Below, piece after piece: positions 10,601-22,300 of a stretch of 64,000 nucleotides of DNA. This stretch comes from Paragordius varius (Eukaryota; Animalia; Nematomorpha). Position 1 is the stretch's first letter. Each line of letters starts with the position of its first letter. The stretch covers positions 4,960,001-5,024,000 of the forward strand of contig OZ176050.1 in assembly GCA_964247055.1 (NCBI GenBank), written 5' to 3'. A program made the position numbers and the translations under genes. The notes under the pieces are model-generated. The model worked only from the letters and a program-made list of their open reading frames with translations. It was not told the origin of the DNA and searched no databases.

Positions 10601-13431
10601 CACAAAGCCACTTCTTTTCATTGTTATAAATATATAGATTCATTCTATTTTTCTGGATTAATGATGGTAAATTGTTTGTAGCTGAAGAATCCTTAGTCTT
10701 CCAACCAATAACCGGCATTCATAGTTTGTAGCTTACAGATCTTGGGTTTGTCTTATGTTAATGCTAGGCGACTAACTTATTTTATTGCCTTAAATGCATT
10801 TTGTTTTATCGAATCATCATTATCTAAACTTTGAATATAACTGTAGCATTATTTTGGGGAAATGGTTTTCTTGAATGTATGGTACTTTAAATATTTCATA
10901 AATATAATTTTCATAAATTATTTATTTCTTAGGGCCAGGTATGGGTGCTGCATTACTCTCCGTTGCCATTGTGGCCCGAACACTTTCGCGACTTTGGAAG
11001 TGTCCCCTTATCGGTGTTAATCATTGCATAGCGCACATTGAAATGGGCCGTTTAATAACAGGAGCTAAAAATCCTGTCGTACTTTATGTTAGTGGTGGAA
11101 ATACTCAAGTAAACGATTTATCTTATTATAGCAAATATGCACATAAAGTTACGGATGTGAGTTTCTCCTTAAATGGTTATTAATTGCAATAATAACTCCC
11201 TTATGAAAATATTTTAAATAAAATTATATATTATTTTCTTTTACAAATAAAATATTTTGGTTCTTTGTATACAGGTAATACAATTTAATCATATATATTT
11301 AAAATTGAGTACAATTTACATTACATTATATGTTTATTTAAATTAGATTGTATTACAATAATTTAACAATTTTTAGCAGTTGTTGACAAATATGGTTAAA
11401 AAAATACATATTTTTACTTATTAGATTTTATTTTTATTTAATAAAAGGTTTAAGATAATTTGTCTTTACATAAAACCAGACTATGTTTATGTTGACTAAA
11501 AGCACTAATTAATCCCATTTTTTTGTAACCATTATCCATATCAGTTAACTTTATAAAGAAACATCCTTTTTAATAGTATTCCCTCTTTACTTTAATCCCC
11601 ACTCCCATAATTTTTATTTAGAGTGTTTGTGATATATATAGATTAAGATAGTCTTACACTTAACACAAATGCTTCCAGGTCAGCTTTAGTCTTTTAGTTT
11701 ATACTCTAATATTTAATAAAATATTTTCTGCAATACCGTAAAACCTTATTTAAATACACAATTGTTTATTATTTTAACAATCTTAAAAATCAGTTGCAGG
11801 CTCCGCAAAAAATTATTTAGGTATACATGATAAATACCTCTGATCTAAATCAATATACATTGAGAAAATCTTTATAGCATATCTTTTGATCATTATCATC
11901 AATTTTAGTTTGCATTTTTTCTAACCTACTTTTTTTTTAATTTTACAAAATCATATAATGATAGATTATTGCATATTCGGGTCAACGATATCGCATTCTG
12001 GGTGAAACGCTTGACATTGCCGTTGGGAATTGTTTGGATCGTTTTGCACGCATCCTTAAACTCCCGAATGAACCATCCCCCGGTTTTAATATAGAGAGAT
12101 TTGCTAGGGAAGCTAAATCACCACAAAATGATTCCTGCAAATATTTACCTCTGCCTTACGTAGTTAAGGGGATGGATGTTTCATTTTCCGGTCTTCTTAG
12201 CCATATTGAACAACTGATGGCGAAACATAGGATTACAACGACAACAAATGACATAGATAATTTTAATATGGGTAACTAGTTATTTTCAATAAGGTGTATT
12301 GCTTTTTTAAAATGGTGATGAGCTTTTGAAAATGCGAGTTAATAGGTACCAAAAACATGAAAATTTGATGTGTATTATAATTTATAATTATATACACAAA
12401 TTAAATTCGAAGGATAATTATATTATTGAAGTTTTGGAAAATGTTTTGGAATATATTTTTTAGCCATTTGGGGAAAAATGCGAATAGCTTTTTTCTGAAA
12501 ACAAAGATTTTCGTATTTTCACCCAAAGTCACCATTACCATACGTACATGACTTAAAAATATTTTAATTTAATTTAGACATGCACGATTTGGCACAGAGT
12601 ATAATGCCAACTAACCCCTATTATTAAATTAGACAATTATGTTGATCGAACCAATTTATGGTTTATCTACTTTTATAGGAGATGAAATAACCCCAAGTAC
12701 ACCCATTATGTGCATGAATGATAAGGTTTATACTGCAGGTGAATTGTGTTATTCGTTACAGGAAACGGCCTTTTCCATGTTGGTAGAAATAACTGAACGT
12801 GCTTTGGCTCATTGCTCAAAACAAGACTATTATAATCAGGTGTCAGAAAACGACAAAAATATTCTCAAAAAGATTAGCGAAACTTTAGAGGGAAATTTTA
12901 ATGGGGATGGTTTCCACAATGATAACATTCCAGAAGAAATTATGGTTGTTGGTGGGGTAGGATGTAATCTTCGACTTCAAGAAATGTTAAGTATGATGTA
13001 ATTACATTGGGGTCAGTTTTTGACCGGTTAAATAATTGGTTTAACTGCTTATGATTGTAGTCATTTACATTTATAACCAGACTATTACCACTACAAATTA
13101 AGATATACAATGAAAATTATTCAAAACAACTGATAAAATCATAGTATAAATCCAATTATAAGCGTTCTGTATAAATCTTTATAAAATATTATAATATTAT
13201 ATTTTTAATTTAATCTAATAAATAGGCTGTATGGCCCGAGATCGACCCAATGCAATTTCTTATGCGACAGATGAAAGGTTTTGTATTGACAACGGGGCGA
13301 TGATAGCATACACTGGTCTATTAATGTATAAACATAGCAAAAATCCTGAAACGGAATTTACACGTGAAGATTCTACAGTTACCCAAAGATATAGAACAGA
13401 TGAAGTGTTGGTTAATTGGAGAGATGATTGA
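7635..13431 (+). CDS. OSGEP: tRNA N6-threonylcarbamoyltransferase Kae1/OSGEP (411 aa)
   Basis: Exons 7635-7749, 7775-7894, 10933-11108, 11965-12271, 12679-12990, 13226-13431 give one open frame. Motifs: [75 protein letters not shown]. Confidence 0.96.
8241..10639 (+). mobile_element. Non-autonomous Helitron/Helentron-like element with internal tandem repeats, copy 1 (OSGEP intron 2)
   Basis: Starts GTAGC plus a GTCAC..GTGAC hairpin after tttataatata and ends ATAAATATATAGAT. A degenerate unit (CTACCC..TTTTGCCTTTATAGGG..TACCTGGAATCAT) recurs at about 8.66, 8.96, 9.13, 9.43, 9.75, 9.84 and 10.15 kb. Colinear with the reverse-strand copy at 60-62 kb. The repeat is certain; the superfamily is inferred from the termini. 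Confidence 0.7.
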
Positions 13432-13557
13432 TAAATATAAATGTATATATTACTTCTTTGTTGTATGTATACATTTGATTTTAGAATTTGCAAATGTTCT
13501 TAAATATACCATAGTGTTCTATGTTGTGTGATATATAACTTTTTATTGTGATTCATC

Positions 13558-16504
13558 ATGATCATTCGATTTATCTTGATTGCTGTTAATGGCTTACTCA
13601 TGATAGCTGGGTTAGCGCTTTTCGGGTTAGGCCTTTGGTCCATTCAGTATGAAAAGGTGATTGAACAAATACCCGATATACAGAGTCTGGCCACATCAAT
13701 TTACATGATTATAGTTGCCAGTGTCGTTATTGTTATAGTCACGTTTTTAGGGTGTTGTGGAGCCTTTTTTAAACGGAAATGGGCCCTTGGCCTTTACATT
13801 ATTTTTATGTTGTTACTTACCGTTTTCCTCATGATTGGGGATGGAATTCAATTTTTTGGTAAGATGAAGATTGCAACTAAAACACGCGATTTTATGACAT
13901 ATTCCTTGGTTAATGTTTATGGAACCTCGACACTCTCGGGTGGAAATTCAACGGGAAATCCGTCAGCCTCTGCTGCTCTACCATTCCGTAATCCCTTTGA
14001 GAATCCAACCGATGTTTTAGCGTATGGACAAACGTGGTTTTGGGACGAACTCCAATCCAAACTTGAATGTTGTGGCGTTGATGAAAAAACAATGCCTCAA
14101 ACGTATCATCTCTGGTCCACAAGCCGATGGTACAGACAAATACTCGGTAATCACACGCATGTCGGAAATTGGACTTTTTCCAAAGAAAAGGATAATGAAT
14201 CTCACAAAAATAAAACCGCTAAGCTTTCGGCTCTTGGCAAACACAGCCAAAATGTAACTGCATCACATAGTAAAAGTGGTGGTCAAAAGACAACTCCGCC
14301 CGAAATCATAGGTAACGTTGATGGAGGCGGCCGAGGAGCCTCTTTTGAACGATATATATCACCACAGAAAGTAATGGTTTATATCGAATGATAGATAAAT
14401 ATTGAATCTTGTAAAATATTAAATAAGTTTCTCTACATTTTTTCTACCAGTCGTCCAAGGTTTTTGATTTAATCCGTATTATTTTGATTTAGATCAAGAT
14501 ATACTATAAAACTTTTATTGTTATGAAGTATTAAATACACAAAATATAATAAGTAATCATCTTAATCTCTATTATTTGGCCTTTTTAAAATTAGCGCTTA
14601 TATAAATCCAGGGGCTGAAACGGAATTTTTAAATTTTTTAATCAAAAAATAAGTCTGGAAACGCCAATTTATACGGATCCTTTTATTCTTTTTTAATTTT
14701 TAATGTGAAAAGTGGAACAAAATTAATGTTTGTGGTTTTTGTGGCTATAATTTAAAGTGGCGCCAAAAATTAGAAGAGAATAAATAACAACAGGACCCGA
14801 ATTTAAATAAAATTTTATTAGCAATTTTTTAATTGGAATTATAGTCAAAAACAAATGAAACCGTTTTTGTTAGATTTTTATTGCTGGTAAATTTTTAGTT
14901 TTTAGTAATTTTATCCTGCGTGTAAAAAATTATGATAATTATGGTTCTCTTTATACATGACCCCTAATAAAAATTATTAATGTATTGTTTATCAAATATT
15001 ACTTGGTATTTGAGGAACCAAAAAATTAATTTATTTGACAGACCCATACAAAATATTTTTTTCAGTCTTTTTGATTTCTGACAAACCCTATCGAAAACGG
15101 GTTTACAAAAATATATTGTTTCCTTTAATTAAAAATTGTGATACTAATATAAGGTTATAGGGTTCAGTAAGTATGCTGCAAAACTGGTATCATTTTTTGG
15201 GAAGATGTTCGTTAGAGCGAAAAAATATTACCAAATAATGTGAATTTTCCACGTATTTGATCCCAAATAATTTAAAAAGAAAATGCCATTTCATGACTAA
15301 AACTGTTAATGGTTGAAATTTCACATGTGAATCAAATTCTATTAGCCTTAATATGCATTACTGTACTTAAGGTTGTTCCCTAAAATTATTTAGCGTTCGA
15401 AAGATTCAACACAAATAATTATTTATGATTAAAACGATTGTAATTCGATAGTCCACGCGACGTAAGTTGTTTTCTGGAAAGAATGGATATTTAACAGTAA
15501 CCCCCACCTTTCATAATGAGTCCTTATAAAATTAATTTTTTTAAAATAAACAGCCCAAATAAACTAATCATGTTCATCATAGAATATTTTGATAAATTAA
15601 TTACATTAACTATTTAAATTGACTAAAAGCGCGTGCTGTATATTTGAATTTGATTAAAAATATATGTAACTCTAAATAAGAATGGATATATATCCTAATT
15701 TTTTATGGTTAAAACTTTGATTATTCGGTATAGCATTATAAAAAAGTAAAAATCTAAATTTTTGCGTCAAAATTTTACTAACTGAAACACAAATATTATT
15801 TATTTCAACCTTATTTTTTGATTTCCACAGTTTTTGTTCTTTCGATACATAATCAAAAACACCTGACTACTTAATATCATTTATTTCGGTTTTTCCTTTT
15901 GCAACGTAATTTAAATGTCTATAGAAGCTGTTACATGTCGAGTGTGTCAAGATGGATAGACGCGCAGATTTTAAAGGGTTATACAATTTTATATGGATTT
16001 AAATTAGTGATTTTGCCAAAGAAAAATGCGTTGTTAATGTAAATCATTGAATAAAAGACCAGATTATTGTTTGTATTGAACCGTATATAGCCTGTTAAAC
16101 AAAATAATAAGGTTTTTATCGCTTTTTGCCCGCTCACACCATGTAAGCCTATTTTAAAAGAGCGCACCTAAAGCACAAAATAATAAATATGGCTAATATA
16201 GTATTCATTTACTGAAAAATCTTTATTTTTCAAAATTTAAAATTAAGATTCAAGTGACTAGCTCATTTTGTATTTATTTAAGGTGCCGAATTCGTGTTGC
16301 CCAACTACGCTCAATCAAACTTTTGTAGATCAATGTGTTAGATTGATGGAACCCGGCATGTCTTTTATATACTCTGATGGATGTTATGATAAAATAATCC
16401 GAATGATAAACAAAGGAAATTATTTCTCCAGCATAAGTCTAATTGTTTTATTGGTCATGGTTTTAAGTATTATCTTTGCGGTTATTATATTACTTAATAT
16501 GTGA
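13558..16504 (+). CDS. Tetraspanin with greatly enlarged large extracellular loop
   Basis: Exons 13558-14370 and 16283-16504 (phase-0 intron of 1912 nt). Three N-terminal TM helices with GCCGA; LEL with ECCG, VPNSCC, DQC and DGCY; C-terminal TM helix. Confidence 0.9.
14609..14640 (+). repeat. CAGGGGCTGAAA terminal fragment (hAT-like), also at 32614
   Basis: The same 12-mer follows a TATAAA-like flank at 14609 and at 32614, each with GGCGCCAAAA 110-150 bp downstream. I found no matching right end. Confidence 0.35.
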
Positions 16505-16814
16505 TACATTGTAATCATAATACATGTGTACCGTCCCAAAGATATTGATTGCTACATGGTATGATGATATACGTTTATTTATATGAAAATTTTAAATAAA
16601 TAAATGATTATTTTTATTTATATTTATTACATGCATACTTATTCAATATATTTTAAGCAAGTATAATTTTATCATATTTTTTTATAAAATATATTATCTA
16701 ACAATATATCAAAAATCAATAATTTAGGCAGGTGAGAGCTAAATGAAAGCCTATGATGTTGTTGATACAGATGGGAACGTATGAGTATACAAATTTGTAA
16801 CTTTTGAACGATTG

Positions 16815-19761
16815 TTAAATATTATTCGTTTCAATGAGATTGTTGTTGTTATCAATAACATGATTGGGCGAATTTGGGTTTCCTGATTGAAAATCAAAGA
16901 TAGTGATTTGTATGGTCCATGCTTTAAGGTGAGCGATAGGCATTATAGGTACTTTACTCAAGTCAATGTATGTCATATTATTGATTATATTCCATTCCAA
17001 GGGTATACTTTGATCTATGGATAAGAAGGAAATTTTTGTTTCCTTTTGTGTTGATTTTGCCGTTTGCAGTAACCCAGTTAAACTGGACAGTGTTAACAAA
17101 GTGCTTTGGTTGACATCATTAGATTCTGGCCAATTCATAAACATGACATTGATGGTCAACGTTGTTAAATTATTATTATTGTGGGATTTATGAAGAAACG
17201 GTATGTTAGTGGGGAGATGTTTTTTACATGTGTACCTTTTAACATAAATGTAAAAAATTATACATGAAATTGATATGAAAGTTTGAAAATGAGAAAATTT
17301 TATAAAACAATAATAGCATATACTTATTCTTGATTAAATAAATAAAATTAATTATTGTGTATTTAAATAATCATTAATTAGTAATAAAGGCTAATTCGCG
17401 ATAAAAAAAGACAAAATGATTAATAGGATAAGCTTGTCAACTAAATCAAAATTACTCCAAACCTAATACAAATAAGCATATAAATTTGCTTTACAGGGTA
17501 AATTATTAAAATAAAAGCTTAATAACTTCATTACAAAAGGGACATTTAAAGTTAAATCATCAAATAATGATTGATTGATAAGTAATATTATTATACCAAA
17601 TATTTTGAAAGGGTTCACTTTGGGCAAATGAGCAGGCATTAGTTGCGTATATTGCATCCCCATTCACTTCCAACCATTTTCCGAGTTGTAATAATCGTTC
17701 CTCAAAAATTGCGGGTATAACTCCGTCCGATGTTGGCCCAACATTTATTAAAATGTTTCCACCCAAACTAATGAAAAAATATTTTTTTTAATCTTTTATG
17801 ATTTTTTGAGAATATATAGAGCGCATATTAAAAAAATTACAATAAAAATTATATCCGTATAAAAAATTTAAAGCGGTGGCCAACTGAAAATTTGCCCATT
17901 ATTTTTTAATCGTAATTCTCTAATGCGTGGTATAGTTATTAAAAAACCAGTATTATAAATGTGTGGATTAAATATTTAACAAAAAAATAAAAACTCATAT
18001 TCAACAATACGAGATATGGTTCACAAAAAACGTTTTTATAATTAAAATGAACAGAAAAAAATAAAAAATTAGATGAAAAAAACCTTATAGTTTTGAGTAA
18101 AGTTAACAATAAATCTTCGAAACTCATAACATCAGACATGTCCATATTCCTGCGATAACCCCAAGATCTAACATCCAGTGTCATACAATTTTCCCATTTA
18201 TGTTTCATTGTGGTATCTAAATAATTGTGTTTATTTTTAATATATTTTGTCATGTGATTTAGCAAAAAATCATATATGACAAAAATTTATGGATTGAAAA
18301 AATTTATTTAAAAAAAATCAAAATACTTGGTATAAAACGATCATCGCAAGTATAATAACCGCCATGGTGACAAGCACAGCCAGTACCCCATCTATCATTC
18401 GTTACAATTGAATCTTTTACTGGACTAGGAATAGATTAGTAAATAAAAGTTTATTGTCCCAACTTAAATAAAACTAAGTCATTAATGGGAAATTTACAAT
18501 AATAAGTATTTTTAAAGAAATTACGTTAAATATTTGTAAATAAGATTAAAATGGTTTTTAAGTAAAATTCCGGTCAAAAAATCCCCAAAACCGAATGAAC
18601 AATAAAAAGTTACCAACTTTACACAAATAATAGTATGTTGTGTAAAAATAAATATTTAGGTAAATTAAGAAAGTTATGAAAATTAAACTCATTACGATGC
18701 CTTCATTGTAATAATCTGTTTTTAAAATATAAAAATATCTACCTTTCATTGTAGAGCCAAGCAAGTATATCCAAACTTTTCCAATATTCAGGCGGTCCTG
18801 CATCACCATCAAGCCATAAAATTTCGGGTTTATATTTGTTTACAAGTTCCATAATTTGTGGATGAGAAACTTTCTAAATTTTGTAAGAAATATTAATTAT
18901 TTGAATAATTTTTTTAAATTAACTTTTGGGAAATAAATTACTCAATCGAAAAATTTGTGCATTCCTAACTTTTACCGGAAAAAAAGTATATTATTTTTTA
19001 CTTCGACATATTCTTGAGTAGTGAAATTTGACCCCCGATCTTTGATATAAAGTGGATGATACCATTCATATAGTGAATAATATAACCCAAATTTTATGTG
19101 CTCATATTGTTTCATAGCGTTTGACAATTCATCTAAAAAAGATAAGTTATTGATATATATATATATATATATATATCAAAAAAAATATTAAAAAACAATT
19201 TTTAACCAAAATTGATTGACTACAATTAATAAACTGTAAGCAGCAGTTTAATTTACATATGTACCAACTATATCCCGTTTAGGACCAATATCAACCGAAT
19301 TCCAATTCCAGGAGTACGGAGATGGCCACATCGTAAAACCTTCGTGATGTTTACTTGTAAACACGACATATCTTATTTATAGAATAATAAATTTACTTTG
19401 CGCCGGATTTATTAAATATCTCGGCCCATTTGTATGGATCAAAGAAAAATGCTTTAAAATCATTAGCAAAATCAGCATATTTAAAATTTGGTGGATAATT
19501 TGATGCCGTATAATTGGTAACATCATTTGGTCGTCTTTCGGTTAATAAATTGTACCAAAACCATTCGCTATGAAATCCCGGGACTGAATATACACCCCAA
19601 TGTATAAAAATTCCAACTTTGGCTTCATCATACCATTGAGGTAAGGGTCTAGAATCAATAGAATCCCAAGAAGGAAGATATCTTAAATCATCGGTAACAA
19701 CGAATAACACAGTTTTAAAAAATATAAGAAAACTAAAGATGAGGGATTTTAGGGTTAACAT
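16815..19761 (-). CDS. FUCA: Alpha-L-fucosidase (GH29), 518 aa
   Basis: Exons 19761-19397, 19371-19265, 19132-19002, 18873-18743, 18424-18327, 18216-18084, 17767-17597, 17235-16815 give one open frame. Signal peptide, [33 protein letters not shown], nucleophile [25 protein letters not shown]. An in-frame upstream ATG lies at 19776. Confidence 0.95.
19153..19176. repeat. (AT)12 microsatellite in fucosidase intron 2
   Basis: Direct reading of the sequence. Confidence 0.9.
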
Positions 19762-19778
19762 ATGGTATTCATTCATAA

Positions 19779-21627
19779 ATGAATTTAAATTTAAGAATAA
19801 ACCAATTTTCACCTACAAACCTTATAAATGATATCGGTAATGATTTAAAAAATGAATCCTGTATATGCGGTATAGATGAGGCTGGAAGAGGGCCTGTTTT
19901 GGGCCCTTTAGTCTACACAATTTTAGGAGCAAATTATGAACAAATAAAAGATTTGGAAAAAATGGAAATCAAAGGTATTATATAACACTTATCAAAGATT
20001 CAAAACAGATTACTCCCGAAAAGAGAGAAGAAATATATCAAAAATTAAAAAACACATGTAATTGGATTTCCACAATTTTAAGCCCAAATTTTTTAAACAT
20101 CAATATGCTTAAACGGTATTGTATAATATCAATATTTTAGCGATAAATATAATTTAAATGAAATTTCGCATGACACCATAATAAATTTAGTGGAACAATG
20201 CACTCAAATCACTAATATCAATGAAGTTTACAAAAAAATAATTTTAAGTTGTATATCGATACAGTCGGTCCACCTGAAACATTGTCAAATAAACTAAAGG
20301 TGAAATTCCCAAATATAAAAACTATCAAAGTGGAAAAAAAGGCTGACGATAAATATTTAATTGTGGGAGCTGCCAGCATTTGTTCAAAGGTTTAATTTTA
20401 TCAGTATTTTTTAGGTAATTAGAGATTATTTAGTAACGAATTGGGAATTTGTTGAGGGATTAAACCATAAAAACTTTGGATCAGGCTATCCATCAGGTTT
20501 ATAATTTATTGTATATATATAAAACATTAGATCCTCTCACAAAACAATATATAAAGGATAATTTAGATTCATTTTTTGGATTTTCCACATTTGTTAGATT
20601 TGGATGGTCAACGGCAAAAGTTTTGATTGATGCAAATTGTATAAATATACAATGGTATGTCCTTATTTTATTAATTTAAGAAGAGATGTAAAAGGCCCCC
20701 CACACTTCAATAGTGTTACTATGCAATAATCTTTTTATTAAACCTTAATTTTCGGTATAATTTATTTGGTAAATATTCAATGTTATCCATATCTCTTCTC
20801 ATATTATCTATTTTGTTATAATATTTTTTTATTATTATTGTTGTCCAAAAATATATATTTGATTGCTGGGAAGAATAATCCATTTAAATTTAAGATTATT
20901 CACAGAATGAAAACGTATATGTTTAAACCGTCATGTTGAATTTTAAAGGATAAACGGAGTTTGTTCCCAATTAATTAGTATAATTAAGTAATTAGTATAA
21001 AATAATCAAGAAACCCTATAAAATTTCGGGGAAATAAACAATTATTTTTTCCATTATATGAATATTGGTTTTGGAATTTTTATGTAAAAAATGTTAGGAT
21101 TGAAAATTCGATCAAATATTATATATTTGCCATATTAAATTAATTGTATTTAATACAATAATTCAATTAAAAATATTTGCATCTGTAATATATAATCGCC
21201 ATGCTTTTTGTTGTTCGGATTTGACTTAATAAAATTAATGGACTATGAAATCCGGGAAAATATATTTTGTTTTAAAGACGATCAAATATTTTATCTGCAT
21301 GAAAATTAATTAATTAGATGTAACTTTCTGTTTTTTGTATTTTGCGAAATAGAATTCTAAATTAACATTTCTATTTAAATTTTTGACAGGGACGAACAAG
21401 ACGACAGCCAAAAATCAGACACCACGGCAAATAAAGAGAACTCAAGCTTAAACAACAAAAGAGTTAAGAGAGCGCTCAAAAAATCAAATAACGCATCAAA
21501 CAAAGATAATCATAGCATATTAAAATATTTTAGCTCCAAATCAAATATTAACACTGTCAAAGATATGAATGTATCATCATTAACGTATCAACATATATTT
21601 CCAAATATTTCCCACAATTTTGTATAA
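19779..21627 (+). CDS. RNASEH2A: Ribonuclease H2 catalytic subunit A (327 aa)
   Basis: Exons 19779-19974, 19998-20115, 20141-20225, 20249-20389, 20415-20496, 20531-20654, 21390-21627; introns 23, 25, 23, 25, 34, 735 nt. Motifs: GIDEAGRGPVLGP, DSK, LYIDTVG, KKADDKY, GSGYPSDP, FVRFGWST. Confidence 0.96.
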
Positions 21628-21729
21628 ATACATACTGTAAATAAAAATAATTATTTATTATTGAATAGTTATAATGTAAATAAAAATATCGCATGAATGA
21701 GATGGCGACAAATAAATGTTGATTGTTAA

Positions 21730-22200
21730 AAAGTTATCCAAAAAATTATATAAATAGATTAAACTTAAACACCGGCATGTTCATTCATTGACTAGACATA
21801 ATTCGATAGAGATATTTGCATAATATTTGGCTAAAATACAATTATTATATTGTTAAAAATGGTTAAATATTACGGTAATAAATGAAATTATACAGACGAG
21901 ACGCAAAAACAAAAAGTCAAATATTTTTTGAAAAAGACAACCATAATTTTTTAATGCTTAGAGGTAATTGAGTGTTTAACCAATTTACACCACTTATCTC
22001 CATTTACCAAAAGCAAAACGATGAGTAAACAAGATTAAAAATCATGATTATGTTTTTTAATGGAATTAGTTTTTACGTTTTGTCTAAAATTTATTTTTAC
22101 AGAAAGTTATCAAAATAGGTAAATAACTAAATTAAACAAAACACCGGCAGTTCAATCATTGACTATATTGGAGACATAATAAAGAGATTTGCATATAATA
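21730..22200 (+). repeat. Degenerate ~100-bp direct duplication (about 21730-21825 and 22103-22200)
   Basis: Both copies read AAAGTTATC..AAACACCGGCA.GTTCA.TCATTGACTA..GACATAAT..AGAGA.TTTGCATA. Confidence 0.7.
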
Positions 22201-22300
22201 TAATCTCAAATGAGAATTGACTATGAAAGAATGTTTAAAATTTGACCAAAATACATTATGATTGTACAAAATTATGAAGATATATTCAAAAAGTAAATTT

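Noticed and set aside
9013-10681. ORF-track ORFs 9013-9348 and 10403-10681 (and 60080-60289, 61107-61310) as possible transposase or Rep fragments
   Set aside because: They lie in the tandem-repeat element, have no recognisable motifs, and the frames are not conserved between the two copies.
12578-12678. Extra OSGEP mini-exons upstream of 12679
   Set aside because: The candidate acceptors at 12577 and 12632 lead to in-frame stops. The acceptor at 12678 gives a clean phase-1 join.
4320-13431. OSGEP nested inside a PHKG intron
   Set aside because: The PHKG N-terminal exons end at ATG 7510, so the genes are adjacent and divergent, not nested.
13910-14257. Antisense ORFs over the tetraspanin (similar ones over PHKG, the CoA-transferase and the receptor kinase)
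   Set aside because: These are shadows of coding strands with no independent motifs or splice support. Many begin at TTG or GTG starts used by the ORF finder.
17236-17596. Additional fucosidase exon (KANLYAYLY) in this intron
   Set aside because: It ends in a stop, and the conserved W|YT junction is completed directly by the exon starting at 17235.
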